DNA of 64,000 nucleotides, from NCBI RefSeq assembly GCF_018977255.1, contig NW_024704743.1:58530001-58594000 (forward strand). The letters run 5' to 3'. The translations under genes and the position numbers were made by a program. The DNA comes from Callorhinchus milii. Lineage: Eukaryota. Below the pieces are notes generated by a model, which had not been told where the DNA came from, made no database searches, and saw nothing but the letters and a program-made list of their open reading frames with translations. Below are positions 1 through 13,410 of the stretch, piece after piece (positions within the stretch are counted from its first letter, which is position 1; each line of letters opens with the position of its first letter).

Positions 1-224
1 TCTGATAAGTGTAAGCATGAGGTGCCAATCTGAGGAAACTCCGCTCCACAAAAAGGTTGAGGTGGAGAGATCCCGGGAGTCAGTATCACAGACTCTAGAC
101 ATCTCAATTAGGAAATTCCATTAATATCGCTGAATTGACCCCGAATGCCCAAGTTCAGAACAAAATCCTTACAGCGTATTTGGTCAGTCCCACTTTCTAA
201 GCTCTAATTGCTTTGCAGCTCTGC

Positions 225-352
225 ATATAGGAGAGAGAAGGGTAGATATGGGGGAGGGGCAAGAAGGGAGGTCATTAGGCATGGGTGGAGGAATATAAAT
301 ACCAAGGACTAGTTAAGGCCAAATGGCCTGTTTCAGTCCTGTAGTTTTTAGG
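225..352 (+). mobile_element. CR1 3'UTR fragment
   Basis: ggccaaatggcctgtttc…ctgta terminal motif. Confidence 0.6.
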
Positions 353-913
353 TAATGCTATGCCTCTAAAGGTGGTGGTGTTGACAACAGTATAAACCTG
401 TAAATTTAGTTGCTAATTTTAATCAGAGTAAATCAGAATTCAAAGCAATGAGAAACAATTGCAATAAATGTATATGGCTGACAGCACAGCTTTCAACAAA
501 GTGATTTCTACACAGTGATTTCTAAGCTCCTACTCAATTAGTCCTCAACATTATCTCTGCTTTAAGAAGGGAGACTCACTATCAGCACTCCTTATACAAT
601 CAGTGCAAAAGAACCGTGATTAACTTTTACATCCCTTTGTTTGTTCTGTCTACTTCTGTAATTTATTTTGGAATATTTTTGTTTAAACACTGAATACTGA
701 TCACATCATCATGATAATTGGTTTTCCAGGGATTACTGAGGCTCGACAGTGTCATGGAACTGAATTAACATCAGCAGATAAGGTAATTTACCCAGGATGC
801 TATAGCCAACGTTGTCATCTTAACACTGTATGAATTAATGCAGCTCCTTCACATTGTCAGGCACAGTAATCCCTTCAAGACTGTAGCGCCGTTATTAATA
901 TCATCAGGACGTA

Positions 914-1122
914 GGGGCAAAGAAATTCCACCTGGGTCTAGAATTACTCTATTTTCTTAGCAGTTCAGAGTGTAAAATTGTGGAATCCAATCTTAATTTT
1001 GAAGTCGTTTTTTTTGTAATTTCTTAAAAGAATTTACAGAAATCTGGCTTGAAAATTAGGCTCTGTTTAAGAATCTGACACCCTGAAATGCTCCATTTAG
1101 ACCCTGGTGGAATTCTTCCCCC
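914..1122. mobile_element. Palindromic MITE-like non-autonomous DNA element
   Basis: Terminal inverted repeats ggggcaaagaaattccacctgggtcta / tagaccctggtggaattcttcccc, plus internal inverted arms. A second copy lies at 14082-14281. Confidence 0.7.
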
Positions 1123-1869
1123 ATAATAAGAAATAATAATAATCCTTGATTTGATATCGTGCCTTATCACGTCTTCGACATATCTCAAATCACTTCACGA
1201 AATATACTGTAAAGTGAATTGACTATGCAAATTGTGGGAGAAACGCAGCAGCCAAATTGTGTACAGTTTAATGTCTAAACAAGTATTTAATAAAAAGGAC
1301 TGGAAATAAATAAAGTTAAAATTGACTATAATCCTTTCTAAGTGAGTTTTAGAGAGCGTAACAACAGTGAAAGTATTTAATAGCACTCACAAAAATAGGA
1401 AGTATATGGATCAATCTACGTCTTAGGTATTAAATACATATAAATATTGAGGTCATTGCTTCTAAATCTGTGTAAATTGTAGGGTCGAAATTCCAGTACA
1501 CAAGCGCCAAATATAATTGTAAAGATGACTTGCCTAAAGTTACCATAAACCTTGTTAGGTCTCAAATAAATATTGATAGAGTTCAAAGCAGGTTCCAAAC
1601 AAACAGTTTATTTACAGTAGCAGACTGAATGCATCCCTTCTAAATTACTTACACTTTACCCAGTGCACAGACACCAGATATATAAAATCATTCATATATC
1701 TTACACAAGTGTATGGGATGCATTGCAAAGTTACCTTGGTCAGGTGTTGAATGTGGTTTACTCTTTTCCATTGACACTTCTGGCGTTCAGTCTCAGTGGA
1801 TTGGTAGTGGAGTGAGGACTGAATATTCCTAAGAGCAGTGTCTGCTGTGTGATTCATGTACCTACATTA

Positions 1870-2435
1870 CTTTAGTCAGTTGGGTATCTGCCACATGTGG
1901 AAACTCATCACCATGCTTAAGAGTATCCAAACCAAGCTGAGATTTCCATGCATCCCACCTTCACATGGAAATTCCAGTGATAGATTGTTGGAATGAAATG
2001 CACGCTCTCTCCCTGGAGGGATTTATCCTTTTTTACCTAATTTCAGAAAGTATCAGGTGTCGGTTGGCAGGAGCCAAGGCTTGGGAACCGCAGATTGTGT
2101 GTGGGGACTGCTGCAGTCTATTCAGCTAAAACCGCCATTGATATGACTATCTGGCAAGCTTTCCCACTGCTTGTCCAGCTAGGGCCACCCTACCCATTAG
2201 GGCTTTGTTTTTCAGGATTAACAGGAGCTGAGTGGAATGATTTGGGGCTCCTCCTGACATGAACGGTGCTATACAAATGTCACTTTATTGTTGTTGTTGA
2301 TTCCCTGTCCCCAGTGACTGGTCTGCCCTTCCAGGTCCTGCTGATGAGCCAGGCTGGCTGTGTTGTCTTCAGCAGTGCTCTGGAATACCGTGGACCAGCT
2401 CAGGATCCGGACTACTGAGACCACTACAGAGTGAC
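1870..2435 (+). repeat. Unclassified dispersed repeat, longest fragment in the window
   Basis: Overlapping similarity to 14555-14615(-), 23890-23945(+), 35900-35970(+), 37690-37790(-), 38850-39085(-), 39320-39510(+) and 63385-63745(-). Confidence 0.8.
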
Positions 2436-3730
2436 CGAAGGCGTGGTCGAAGAAGAAGGTCTTCAAATGGGCCTTGAAGGAGGCAAGGGAGGGGACAAAG
2501 TGAAGGGATCATGGGATGGAGTTCTAAAGTGTGGGATCAGAAAGGCTGAAGGTCCAACCGCCGATGGTGGGGCAGGCAGGAAGGGGGCATGGAGGAGGCA
2601 AGAGGTTGGTATGGAGTTAGCAGCTCACAAAGCTAGGGAGGAGCAGGTCTGTGGAGCGCTTTAAATGTTAGGACAAGGATTTTGAACTCTATCCTCTGAG
2701 GGATGGGGAGCCAGTGGAGCTGGGCAAGGATAGTGGTGATAGGTTCTCAGAGCCTGGTGTGGGAGAGGACATGAGCTGCAGAGTTCTGAATAATCTGTAG
2801 CTTGTGGGAGGGAAGAGTTGGCAAGACTGACAAGCAGGAAGTTAGCTTAATTGAGCCTGGATGTAATGAATGCATGGATGAGGGCCTTGGCAGAGCCGGG
2901 TAATGTTGCGAAGGTGGGGGAAGGCAGAGCAGGTCATAGCACGGATGTGAGGCAGAAAGGACAGTTGAGGGTCAAACAAGACCCTAGGTTCCTGACTGGC
3001 TTGGTGAGGTGGAGGGTGCGTCCTTGGATAGTGATGCTGCCATTGCCTGAGGTGTGAAGGAGCTGACGGGAGCCAGTCAGGAGAACGGTCTTGCTGACAT
3101 TCAACTGGATAAAGTTAGCTTTCATAGAGGATTTGCTGTTTCACCCCATGTCTGTGGATCACATCACCAAGGGGAGCATGTAAATGTTGAAGAGAAGAGG
3201 ACCAACGACAGAGGAATGCTACAAATAATGGTGGGGGCTGGAGGAGAAGCCGTTCATGGACAAAGTATGACAAGTGGAGAGATAACATTCAGACCAGGCA
3301 TTGGCAGGACCGGGTAGATTGAGCTGCGAGGAGAGGTGGCAGAGAAGGATAGAATAGTCGACAATGTCAAGAGCAGCAGAGAGTTCTAAGAGGACAAGAA
3401 GACAGAGAGGGCCCTGGTCACAGATGGACAAAATGTTGTTTGTGACTTTGACCAAGGCTGTTTCCGTACTTAGGGTTGGATTTGAGCCAGGTGGGTTCAG
3501 CAGCATACACCTGTGCTTTGAGGGAGCAGAGGTGGCTGGTATACCAGGGGGACTTGTGAGTGTCGGAGGTGGTTCAGGAGGTGGGGGGGGCAAGGGCATC
3601 AAGGATGATGGAGAGGGAGTTGTGGAGGTGAGTGAGTGAGGAGGGTAGGTTGTTGCAGAAGGAGGACCAGAGGGAAGGAGTTCAGATGACTCTAGGGAAG
3701 GAGTTCAGATGACTCTAGGGCAGCAGAGAT
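2436..3730 (-). mobile_element. Degraded L2 LINE with internal deletions
   Basis: STETALVKVTNNILSICDQG…LELSAALD and MKANFIQLNVSKT fragments; similar to the 11468-13410 copy. Confidence 0.88.
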
Positions 3731-3915
3731 GGAGTGGAGGGAGGTTTTTTTCTAGGCACGGTAGGAGATAGAGGTGGTTGTGGTGACTGTGGATATGTAC
3801 AGAAATTCAGAGGCCAATTGGCACACAGGAATGTCCCAGGAACCGACATAAAGTGAATGATTACTTTTATTCGAGGGATTGTTGGCCAGTACATTAGGAG
3901 AAACTCTTCTCCCGT

Positions 3916-4213
3916 GGAGTCCTGTAGCTTTGCAAGCGAGAGACCTGAGTTCAATTCCAGGCAGGGCGAAACCTTGGGCAAGTTTCCTTACTCCACACCC
4001 CTAATAATAATCCCTCCAAAAAAAAAAAAAAAAATTGGTCATTTTCAATCTACGACTGTTTGTGGGACATTGCTGTGCACAATTGGCTGCCGCGTTTGCC
4101 CACAAATATACAGTCAATTCACTTTGCAGTGTGTTCTGTGAAGCGCTTTGGGATGTCCTCCCGACGTGAAAAGCGCTATATCAAATGCAAGGATTATTAT
4201 TATTATTATTATT
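3916..4213 (+). mobile_element. Short-subfamily SINE with A-box deletion, nested in an older minus-strand DeuSINE (3790-4285)
   Basis: Near-identical to 18787-19110 except a ~20-nt deletion in the head. The two flanks join into one DeuSINE. Confidence 0.9.
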
Positions 4214-5804
4214 CTCTTTTTGAATAATGTCATGGGATCTTTGACATCCATCTGAACAGACACACGGGACCTTAGTTTAACATCTTATATAAAGTATGGT
4301 GTTCTTCACATTCATGGGAATCATCTTTATTTTCAAAAGGCCTGAAGAGGTTCATCAGAATGACTTTGTGTTGCACAGTCAAAATACAGGAATAAAAATT
4401 GAGTGAAATTGCAGCAGTTGATGTGATAATTATTACCAGTGATAATTGGGACATCACAAGACTTTGCCTGTTTACTAATATATTCATATTATATATGTAT
4501 ATTTATTAATGTATTTTACATTTATTAATTTGAAACCAAAATTCAAACTTGCTAGCCAGATGGAGTTGAGCCAAGTGTTCATTTTGATGTTGAAACTTCA
4601 TCTTGTTGCCTTTGTTTACGATGTGATTAGACTGCTCATTCTGAACTGAACAGAAATCTAATCTGAGGCCAGTGTGTTAATCTCCCACTGGAGAACTGTA
4701 ACCTAGAAAAGATATGACTTTAATTTAAATGCTGTGTATTATGAAATGGAATAGAGTAAGCTGTATAGAAATTAATAGGAATTGTCCGTGATATTAGAAT
4801 TCTATGAGAATGAATGGACTATCAAATGAAATTGTACAATAATCAAGTTTCACTGTCTGTTGAATGATTAAAAGATGGAAGAAATGCAAAATGTTTGCAA
4901 TATTTATAGTTTACAATCAGATCCTGCTTCATGACCTTTCTTCTCTTCGGGTTCTTGGAATAGATCATCAGTGGTACTAAAAGCAGGACAAGTTGCCCTG
5001 TCAGAAGCTGCTGCTGTCAGGATTCATTGCAGTGTATGAGCATGGACGAAAGTGGGATCTATGTGCAAATTGGATGCTGTGTTCGCCTACAAAATACGCA
5101 ATCACCACACTTTAGAGTATTTCCTAGCACTTTGAGAAGTCCTCCTGACATGGTATATCAAACGTAAGAATTATTATAATGATAATAATCATTGCATTTG
5201 ATATTGTTATAAAACAGAAGAAAAGCATATATGTAGGTTACATTCATGGTACTCTTTAGTTATACTTTGTGATGGATTTTTAAATGGATCTGTTCCTGTT
5301 TCAGTAGTTTGTAACATGCTCTGTAGAACAACGATTCAGTCTTATTTGGATGCTTAGAGTGGAGGTGCTTTGGCTCAAAGTACTTTCAGTAAAGTTTGTG
5401 ACTGTGTGTCAGAGACAGCTGCCAATTTATACACAAAAATGCCTGACAAACAGCGTGAAGTGAATGATCAATCTTTTATCTTTAGCTATCACTATAGTCT
5501 TTAGAGAAATCTGACTACTCTCAAAATACATGCAATTCAACAACCAATAATCTACCAAAGGAAGGGTAAGGGTGTCTGTTGACTGCCTCCCAATATCCTG
5601 CGGCTCCTTTCAGTTATGCAGGATGATTTATTTCCTCTCACGGCAGACAGGCTTTTTGCTGTTTTGCTCCCCTTCTATAGTAATGGCTCCTTTGCCAAGT
5701 GTTATTTTTCAGTAGCTCAGCCTTACACAGCAACACAAATAGGGATGCAGTCTGTGATGTTTCATAAGGCGTTCCATATCAAGTGCGTTACTGAATACTA
5801 CAAG

Positions 5805-5960
5805 GTTAAACCCTCTCAACTCTCTACCCTCTCCTCGCTCCCTCCCTTCCCTCCCTCACCCTAACCATTTCCCCCCTGCTCGAGTCCCAACCCAACTGCC
5901 CAGCGCCTTGGGACGTCCTCCTGATGTGAAAGGCGCTCTATAAATGCAAAAAATGCAAAA
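5805..5960 (+). mobile_element. L2 3'UTR/tail fragment
   Basis: Matches 32475-32615. Confidence 0.85.
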
Positions 5961-6449
5961 TGCAATATCAATTCTCACCTCCTGTGTTTGTTATAAAAGA
6001 ACTTATGAAGTACTTCAGGAAAAATGCAGTTCCAAAATGTGAACACATTAAAAATGAACATCAAGTGGGCGAGGCATACATGTGCATACACAGTACAAAG
6101 TACACAGTTACTACGCTTTACAGGATATCCTGTGACGTACTCTGAGACATTCTTGTGAAAGACACTATATAAAATGTAAGGATTATTTGTATGAATCCCT
6201 GTGGACTGAAGACTGAATTCTTCCCTCCCTTCCTTCCTGTCAATGAAAGTCATAAATGTTGTTGTGTTTTTTCTCCCTTTAAATTGCTTGACAGGTGAGA
6301 AAATAGAACTTTAAAAATGCTTTATGTGAAACTTGAAGCATGAAAATGAATGATTTGTTTACAGAGATGTTTTGTTTACAGATGATTACAGGCCGATAAT
6401 CAGAGTAACAACGCTCTCACTTCACAGCTTCCGAGCTCTATGCAAAAAA

Positions 6450-7719
6450 CAGGGTGAATCAGTGGATGTGGTCTATTTGGACTTCCAGAAGGCTTTCGAT
6501 AAGGTGCCGCATAAAAGGTTAGTCCAAAAGTTAAGGACCCATGGAATTGGGGGGAGCATATTAACATGGATTGGGGAATGGTTAATGGGTAGGAAACAAA
6601 GAATAGGGATAAATAGGTCCTTTTCAGATTGGCGGGATGGGACTAGTGGAGTGCCAGAAGGATCAGTCCTTGGGCCTCAGCTATTTACCTACTACATCAA
6701 CGATCTAGATGAGGACATCAAAGTTAATAAATCTAAATTCGCGGATGACACAAAACTAGGAGGAAGTGTCAACACAGAGGACGACATTAAAAAAATGCAG
6801 CGAGACATAGATAGGTTAGGTGATTGGGCAGGTAGGTGGCAGATGAAGTATAATGTAGGGAAGTGCGAAGTCATCCACCGAGGTAGCAAAAACAGTAGAG
6901 CGGGTTATTTTTTAGAAGGGGAGAGATTGGAATGTGTTAGCGTACAGAGGGACTTGGGTGTCCTTGAACACCAATCACAGAAAGTTAGTCTGCAGGTACA
7001 GTAAGCAATTAGGAAGGTGAACGGTGTGTTAGAATTCATTATGAAAGAATTAGAGTATAAGAGTAGGGAAGTCTTGCTGCAACTGTAAAGGGCCCTGGTG
7101 AGACCACACCTGGAATACTGTGTGCAGTTTTGGTCTCCTTATTTAAGGAAGGATGTACTTGCCTTGGAGGGGTTGCAGCATAGATTCACTACGTTAGTAC
7201 CAGGGATGAAGGGGATGAGTTACAAGGATAGGCTGACCAATTTGGGCCTATATTCTCTAGAATATAGAAGAATTAGAGGGGATCTTATAGAAACCTATAG
7301 GATCATCAAAGGGTATGATAGAGTAGATAGTGGGAGATTGTTTCCCCTGGTTGGAGAAACTAAAACCAGGTGTCACAACCTTAAAATCAGAGGCCAGCCC
7401 TTTTGCACTGAGTTGAGGAAGAACTTCTTCATTCAAAGGGTGGTGAATGTATGGAACTCACTACCCCAAAGGGCTGTTGACGCTCAGTCCTTGAACATAT
7501 TCAAGACTGAGATAGATAGATTTCTTATTGCAAAAGGGATTAAGGGATATGGGGATAAGGCAGGGTTATGTTATTAGCTGGAGTTAGATTAGAAGATCAG
7601 CCGTGATTGAATGGCGGGGCAGGCTCGAAGAGCCGAATGGCCTACTCCTTCTCCTACATGTTATGTTATGTTATGTTATGTTATGTTATGTTATGTTATG
7701 TTATGTTATGTTATGTTAT
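6450..7719 (+). mobile_element. CR1 LINE, 5'-truncated (RT domain to 3' end), relatively young
   Basis: VDVVYLDFQKAFDKVPH, SGVPEGSVLGP, KFADDTKLGG and RPHLEYCVQFWSP motifs. One reading frame broken only by nonsense codons (7002, 7087). Short 3'UTR and (TTATG)n tail. Confidence 0.95.
7659..7719 (+). repeat. (TTATG)n microsatellite, CR1 tail
   Basis: About 12 perfect pentamer units directly after the CR1 3'UTR. Confidence 0.95.
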
Positions 7720-10517
7720 CTTAAGTTAAACAGGTAAACTGTAGGCTGGTGTTTGGCTCACAAATAAAGGTATGACCAATCACTCAGGCAATACAGTACA
7801 TCAAAGAGATGTTCATGATGGAGGCCATTAAACGTGCCAATGTTGGGTAAAGAAGCAATGCAATGAAAACATATATTTTTTACTAAAATAAGTTAATTGT
7901 GGAACAGATCAGATTTACATTTTCTGACTTTATCTTTGCAATATTGGAACGGATGTTTTAAAAACGAACAAAATAAATAAAGGGTTTAGGGACGGTTCAC
8001 ATTATACATTTAAGTTTGAAATCTATAAAGCGCATTTTTAGATATCCCTATGTTTCTGATCACCTGCAACCTCACTCTTCTGCTTGTCCCCTACTTTAGT
8101 TAAGTGTGGCCTGCCTTGCCAAACTTTCAGATTCTACACCCCTAATGTCTGGACCTCCCTACGTCTATCATTTGGTCTCACTCATCCCTCTCTGTGGCTG
8201 TCTTCAAACACCGACCTCCTCAATTGTGTCTATGATCACTTTGCCTTCCCCCATCTCATCCCCCACAATGGCATTTTATACCAAAGTTCCACTTGCCTGA
8301 ACAAATGGACAGTAAAGATACTGTTCAAAAAGAGAAGAGAGTTTCTCCCAGTGTCCTGGCCAATGATCGTCCAGATAAAAGGTCATTCACTTTGTAGTTA
8401 TTTATGGGACTTAGCTGGTTCAAAGCATTTACCTACAATACCAATTAACAGTCACTACATTTGGTAGCAATTTCCTGTGAAGCGCTTTGGGGTATTTTAA
8501 TATAATAAAATGCTATAAAAATACGTTTGTTCTTCTATACGGATACAGGACATTGGTGAATGAAATCCTATTTTTCAAAACCATCTGTTTCAGGAACTGA
8601 GCTTTCCTACGGTGAAACTACTTCTTTAATGCAGGAGTGACTATGGATGAGCCCTTGTTTGGGGAAAAAAAACAGCGTCTGCAAAGAAATCAGTGTCAGT
8701 GTCTTCTTGACCCACAATAAACTTCAGGGGAAGTTTCAGGGGACTGTTGTAGTATCTGAAAACAGCGCAAATGGAAATCTGCTCAAAGAGTCTGTCATAG
8801 ATAAACAGGAAGTCCCAACTACTTTTACAAAGTCACAATTTTTGAGGAAACTCAGCAGCGTAGTATTTATGTGAGGAAAAGTCCATTCAAGTCAAGAGAA
8901 GGCATGTTATTTCACTTATCACTTAGTACCACATTGTGCCGCAGAAATTGGATGTGACAATAAATAAGCTTCAGTGTATTACACGATAACCGCAGGCAAC
9001 GGAGAATGTTCATTTCTATCAAAGAGTAGAATTGGTATGAGTTGAGACAGTAAGAACATGAACACTGTAATTACAACTTTGGAATATAACAATCTGAAGG
9101 ATAAAACAATTTCAAAAGGTTTCACTAAAAATAAAAAAGCGTTCTGCTTTGAGACTGATGTCACAGCATATTATCATGACGATGCCTATTTGAACTCTTA
9201 TTGAAATCTCATTCATCAATATGAGCGTTCCGTAACCATGTTAATAGGTCATTAAAGAGACATAATCCTTTTGTTACCCTGGAGAGTGTTAAACAATCAA
9301 TTGTATCCGAAGTCGGCTCACAAAATGTCTTACAGAAAAATTAAAAATGCAGTCAATTTCTCTTAATTGTAATTGCTTGGGATCATGAAACAAAATACAA
9401 TTAACTGGAAATTGTGATTATCAGGGTGTAATTGAAACTGCCGTGGCTCCAGAGAAATGACTTTATTCAGCTTGTAATATTTTAAATTTCTTTAAAACAA
9501 GATATAGTATGTGCTGAACAGCCTTCATGCTATTGATCTCCACTCTCTGTGGTGGACTCTCGGTTTTTCCACCGTATTATGGGTGCACACTGCATCAAAT
9601 GGATGTACATTGGAGCAGTGAAACTATTTCTCTCCAATAGAGATTTTGATGTTCTACACAGTAGAATGAATTTTTGTACAGCAATACTAGTTGATATTTC
9701 TACTCTCAGCTAAATCATGAACTTTCTCCTCCTGTAGAAACCTTCAATGCAATACATTTGCATATAATATTAATAATACTTTTGGCATTTGACATAGTGC
9801 CTTATCACATTGCTGAGATGTCTCAAAGCTCTTCGCAGGATATAGTGTAAAGTCGTGTGATTGCATTTTATGAGTGAATGCAGCAGCCAATTTTGAACTT
9901 TGCAATGTCCCACACCAGCCAGGGAGTGGCTGACCAATTTTATTTGGGGGATTGTTGGCCAGCACACCAGAAGAAACTTCCTTCTCTTTGAACATTTGTG
10001 TTGGTGGCAATGACGGGAAACTTCATTCTGATACATTTCTTAAAAAAAAACATTTTGTTCTATACTTTTAGGCCCATTAATTTGCATTGAAACACACAGC
10101 TGGATTCCTTTCCCACTGAGAATAACAGTCTTGCTGTGATTGATGTGAAAAATATAATATATAGAATAGCATAGAATAAGATCAGCTCGTGAAAAATCTT
10201 ACTCCTTCAATTATGGTCAGATTAGGTGTCCTTTCCCCCTTATAATGGCTGAAGGTGCAATCACCAATGTTGGAACGGAGGGCACAAGGGACAAGAAGGA
10301 GACAGTTGAGCAGAGGTAGTAGATTGGGGAGTAAACAGGTTGGAGAGTTACGGAGATACCAGCCATGAAGGGATTTAAGCCTGGTTAGAACTCGTTTGAT
10401 GGGGGTTGAACGCAGTGGAGATCCAAGAGAATCAGGGGGCTGAGGACCCCTGGTCACAAAGAAAGAGGATGTTGTTTGTGACTTTAACAAGCGGCATCTT
10501 TATGCTGAAGGCAATAG

Positions 10518-10965
10518 CAACAACAACAACAATAAGATTACATTGTATAGCGCCTTTCACGTCAGGAGGATGTCCCAAGACACTGGACGGTGTACAGCAT
10601 TTCAGACCTGAGCTGGGGTCAGGGGGGAGAAGGGAGGGGAGGGGAAGGGGGTTGACCGATGACATGGTCGAAGAGGAGGGTTTTGAGGCAGGACTTGAAG
10701 GAGGCTAAGGAGGGGATGAGGCGGAGTGAGTGGGGGATGGAGTTCCAGAGTGGCTGAAGGCTCTCCCGCCAATGGTGGGGCGGGTGGGTCGGGGGACACG
10801 GAGCAGGCCAGAGCCGGCTGAGCGGAGGGACCGGACGGGTTGGTAGGGGGTTAGGAGGTCGCAGGGGTAGAGTGAGGCGAGGCCATGGAGGGCTTTGTAT
10901 GTGAGGACCAGGATCTTGAACTGGATCCTCTGAAGGATAGGGAGCCAATGGAGTCGGGCGAGAAT
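10518..10965 (-). mobile_element. L2 LINE 3' end (ORF2 C-terminus, 3'UTR, (GTT)n tail)
   Basis: [29 protein letters not shown] motif. The tail matches the other L2 copies, and the sequence continues directly from the 11468 element. Confidence 0.92.
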
Positions 10966-11195
10966 ATATAATAATAATAATTCTTGCATTTGATATAGCG
11001 CTTTTTACGTCTTCTAGACATCTCAAAGCATTTCACAGAATATACCGTAAAGTAATTGACTGTATATTTGTGGGCGAAATGCGGCAGACAAATTGCGCAC
11101 AGCAGTGTCCCACAAACACAAAATCGTGGATTGAAGTGACCAATTTATTATTTTTTTCTTGAGGGATTATTATTAGGCATGTGGAGTGTGGAAAC
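10966..11195 (-). mobile_element. SINE lacking its tRNA head
   Basis: Same body and (TTA)n tail as the other copies. Confidence 0.85.
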
Positions 11196-11467
11196 AAAAT
11201 TAAATTCAGATTTTTATTTATAAATGGTTTCAGTCTTGAACATTTCTGCAGTAAATTATAAAGGAAATATTCAGATGTTTAAACACCATATATTGAATCT
11301 CAGCATTTTGAGTTGGATTCCCACTTCTTGCATCAAAGTAAACAGACTAAACATTCTGCAATTGATTAAAATAATACCAATATGTGAATTCTCCTTGCGA
11401 CACGTTTCACAAAGAGAACTCATGAACAGTTTTTCTTTTGTAATATATTCTCCATGCCAACTCAGAA

Positions 11468-13410
11468 AAGGATAATGCGGGAGATGGGGTCACGGAGTTT
11501 GGTGCGGGAGAGGACACGAGCTGCAGAGTTCTGGATTATCTGCAGCCTGTGGAAGGAGGAGTTGGGAAGGCCGACAAGCAGGGCATTTGCATAGTCGAGC
11601 CTGGAGGTGATGAAGGCATGAACAAGAGTTTCAGTGGCCTGAGGGGTGAGGTAGTGGTGGAGTCGGGTGATGTTACAGAGGTGAGGGAAGGCAGAGCGGC
11701 TCATGGCTTTGATGTGGGGAAGAAAAGACAGTTGAGGGTCAAACAAGACACCTCGGTTCCTGACTGGCTGATGAGTTGGTGAGTTGAAGTGTGCAACCAT
11801 GGAGGTTGATGCTGCCAGAGCCTGAGGTGCTGAGGCGCCGGCTCGAGCCAATCAGGAGGGCCTCAGTCTTGTTCACATTCAACTGTAGGAAATTTGCCCT
11901 CATCCAGGACTTGATGTCCGACAGGAAGTCTGTCAGGACAGCAGTGGTCCTGGAGTTGAGGGTGGAGGCAGAAAGATAGAGTTGGGTGTCATCCGCATAC
12001 ATATGGAAGTTGACCCCATGTCTGCGGATGATGTCACCAAGGGGGAGCATGTAGATATTAAAGAGGAGAGGGCCAAGGACAGAGCCCTGGGGGACGCCAG
12101 ACATGACAGCACGGGGGCTGGAGGATAAACCGTTAGAGACAACAAAGTGGAGACGGTGAAAGAGATAGGAATTGAACCAGGCAAGGGCAGGTCCGCGAAG
12201 ATTAAGTAAAGAGGAGAGACAATGTATGAGGATAGAGTGGTCGACAGTGTCGAAGGCGGCAGAGGTCTAGGAAGACAAGGAGGCAGAGGAAGCCCTGATC
12301 ACAGATGTTCAGAATGTCATTTGACCAGTGACTTTGACCAGGGATCTTTCCGTGCTGTGGGCAGCGTGGAAGCCAGATTGGACGGGTTCAAAGAGGAAAT
12401 GGCGAGAAAGAAAAGAGCGGAGCTGGGACGCGACGACTCGTTCCAGGACCTTGGAGAGGAATGGGAGGTTAGAGATGGGGCAGTAACTGGAGAGGAGGTT
12501 TGAGTCCAGGGAAGGATTTTTCAGGATGGGAATGATGACGGCTGTTTTTAGGGGGGCGGGAACTGAATTGGTGGACAGGGAGAGGTTGATGATGTTGGAC
12601 AGGAGAGGGGCCAGAAGGTGGAGCTGGGAGATGAGGCCAGAGGTGGGGATGGGATTGAGAGAGCAGGTGGTGGATTTGAGTTTGAGAACAATGGTGGTGA
12701 GGGAGGAGGGAGAGGTAGAGTCAAAGACGTATAGGGGGAATGGGTGGGGGGTGGGTGATGAGGGAGAGGTGATGTGGGGGTGGCGGAGGACGGGGCAGAG
12801 GTGGCTGAATGTATCCCCTTGATTTTCAATTCAAGGAAGTCCAGCATCTCCTCACAGTTGGAGTTTGAGGAGAGGATGGGCGAGGCATGGGAAGGTGGAC
12901 GGAGGAGATGGTTTGTGGTGGAAAAGAGAAGTCTGGGGTTGTCCTTTGCCTCCAAGATAACCTTGGAGTAGAAGGAGGATTTGGCAGAGGCAAGAGCGCA
13001 GCAGTAGGTCTTGGTATGGTGAAGCCAAATCTGCCGATGGACTGTTAGTTTGGATTTGGTCCTGACGCATTCAGCAGTTCGCACTTGTGCCTTGAGGGAA
13101 CAGAGATGGCTGGTGTACCAGGGGAACTGATGGGAGTTTGAGGTGCTCGGGAGGTGAGGGGGGGCAAGGGAGTCCAGAATGGAGGTGAGGCAGTTGTGGA
13201 GAAAAGAGAGCGAGGAGGGTGGATGAGTAGATGTGGAGGGAGAGGTTAAGGGAAGAGAGGAGGGAAGAGAAGTCAATATTTTGAGGAATCTTGAGGGAAA
13301 GCCTGGAAGGGTGGTGGAGGGTAAGGTGTTCAAAGGAGGGCAGAGCGGAAACCAGACTGGAAGGGCTCGAGGAGGGAGTGAAGGGAGAAGTGTGAGCAAA
13401 GCTGGTTGGG
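11468..13410 (-). mobile_element. L2 LINE ORF2 body (RT domain), frameshifted
   Basis: [58 protein letters not shown] and FPWYT…NPRLLF motifs typical of L2 ORF2. Confidence 0.95.

Noticed and set aside
1736..1861. Minus-strand exon candidate ending in AAG|gtaact
   Set aside because: Weak acceptor and no recognisable homology.
3671..3716. 23-bp tandem duplication (similar small ones at 56883-56932, 43771-43813 and 47437-47460)
   Set aside because: Ordinary slippage or repair duplications with no sign of function.
7659..7719. CRISPR-like or telomeric array
   Set aside because: Simple pentamer tail of a CR1, with no spacers.
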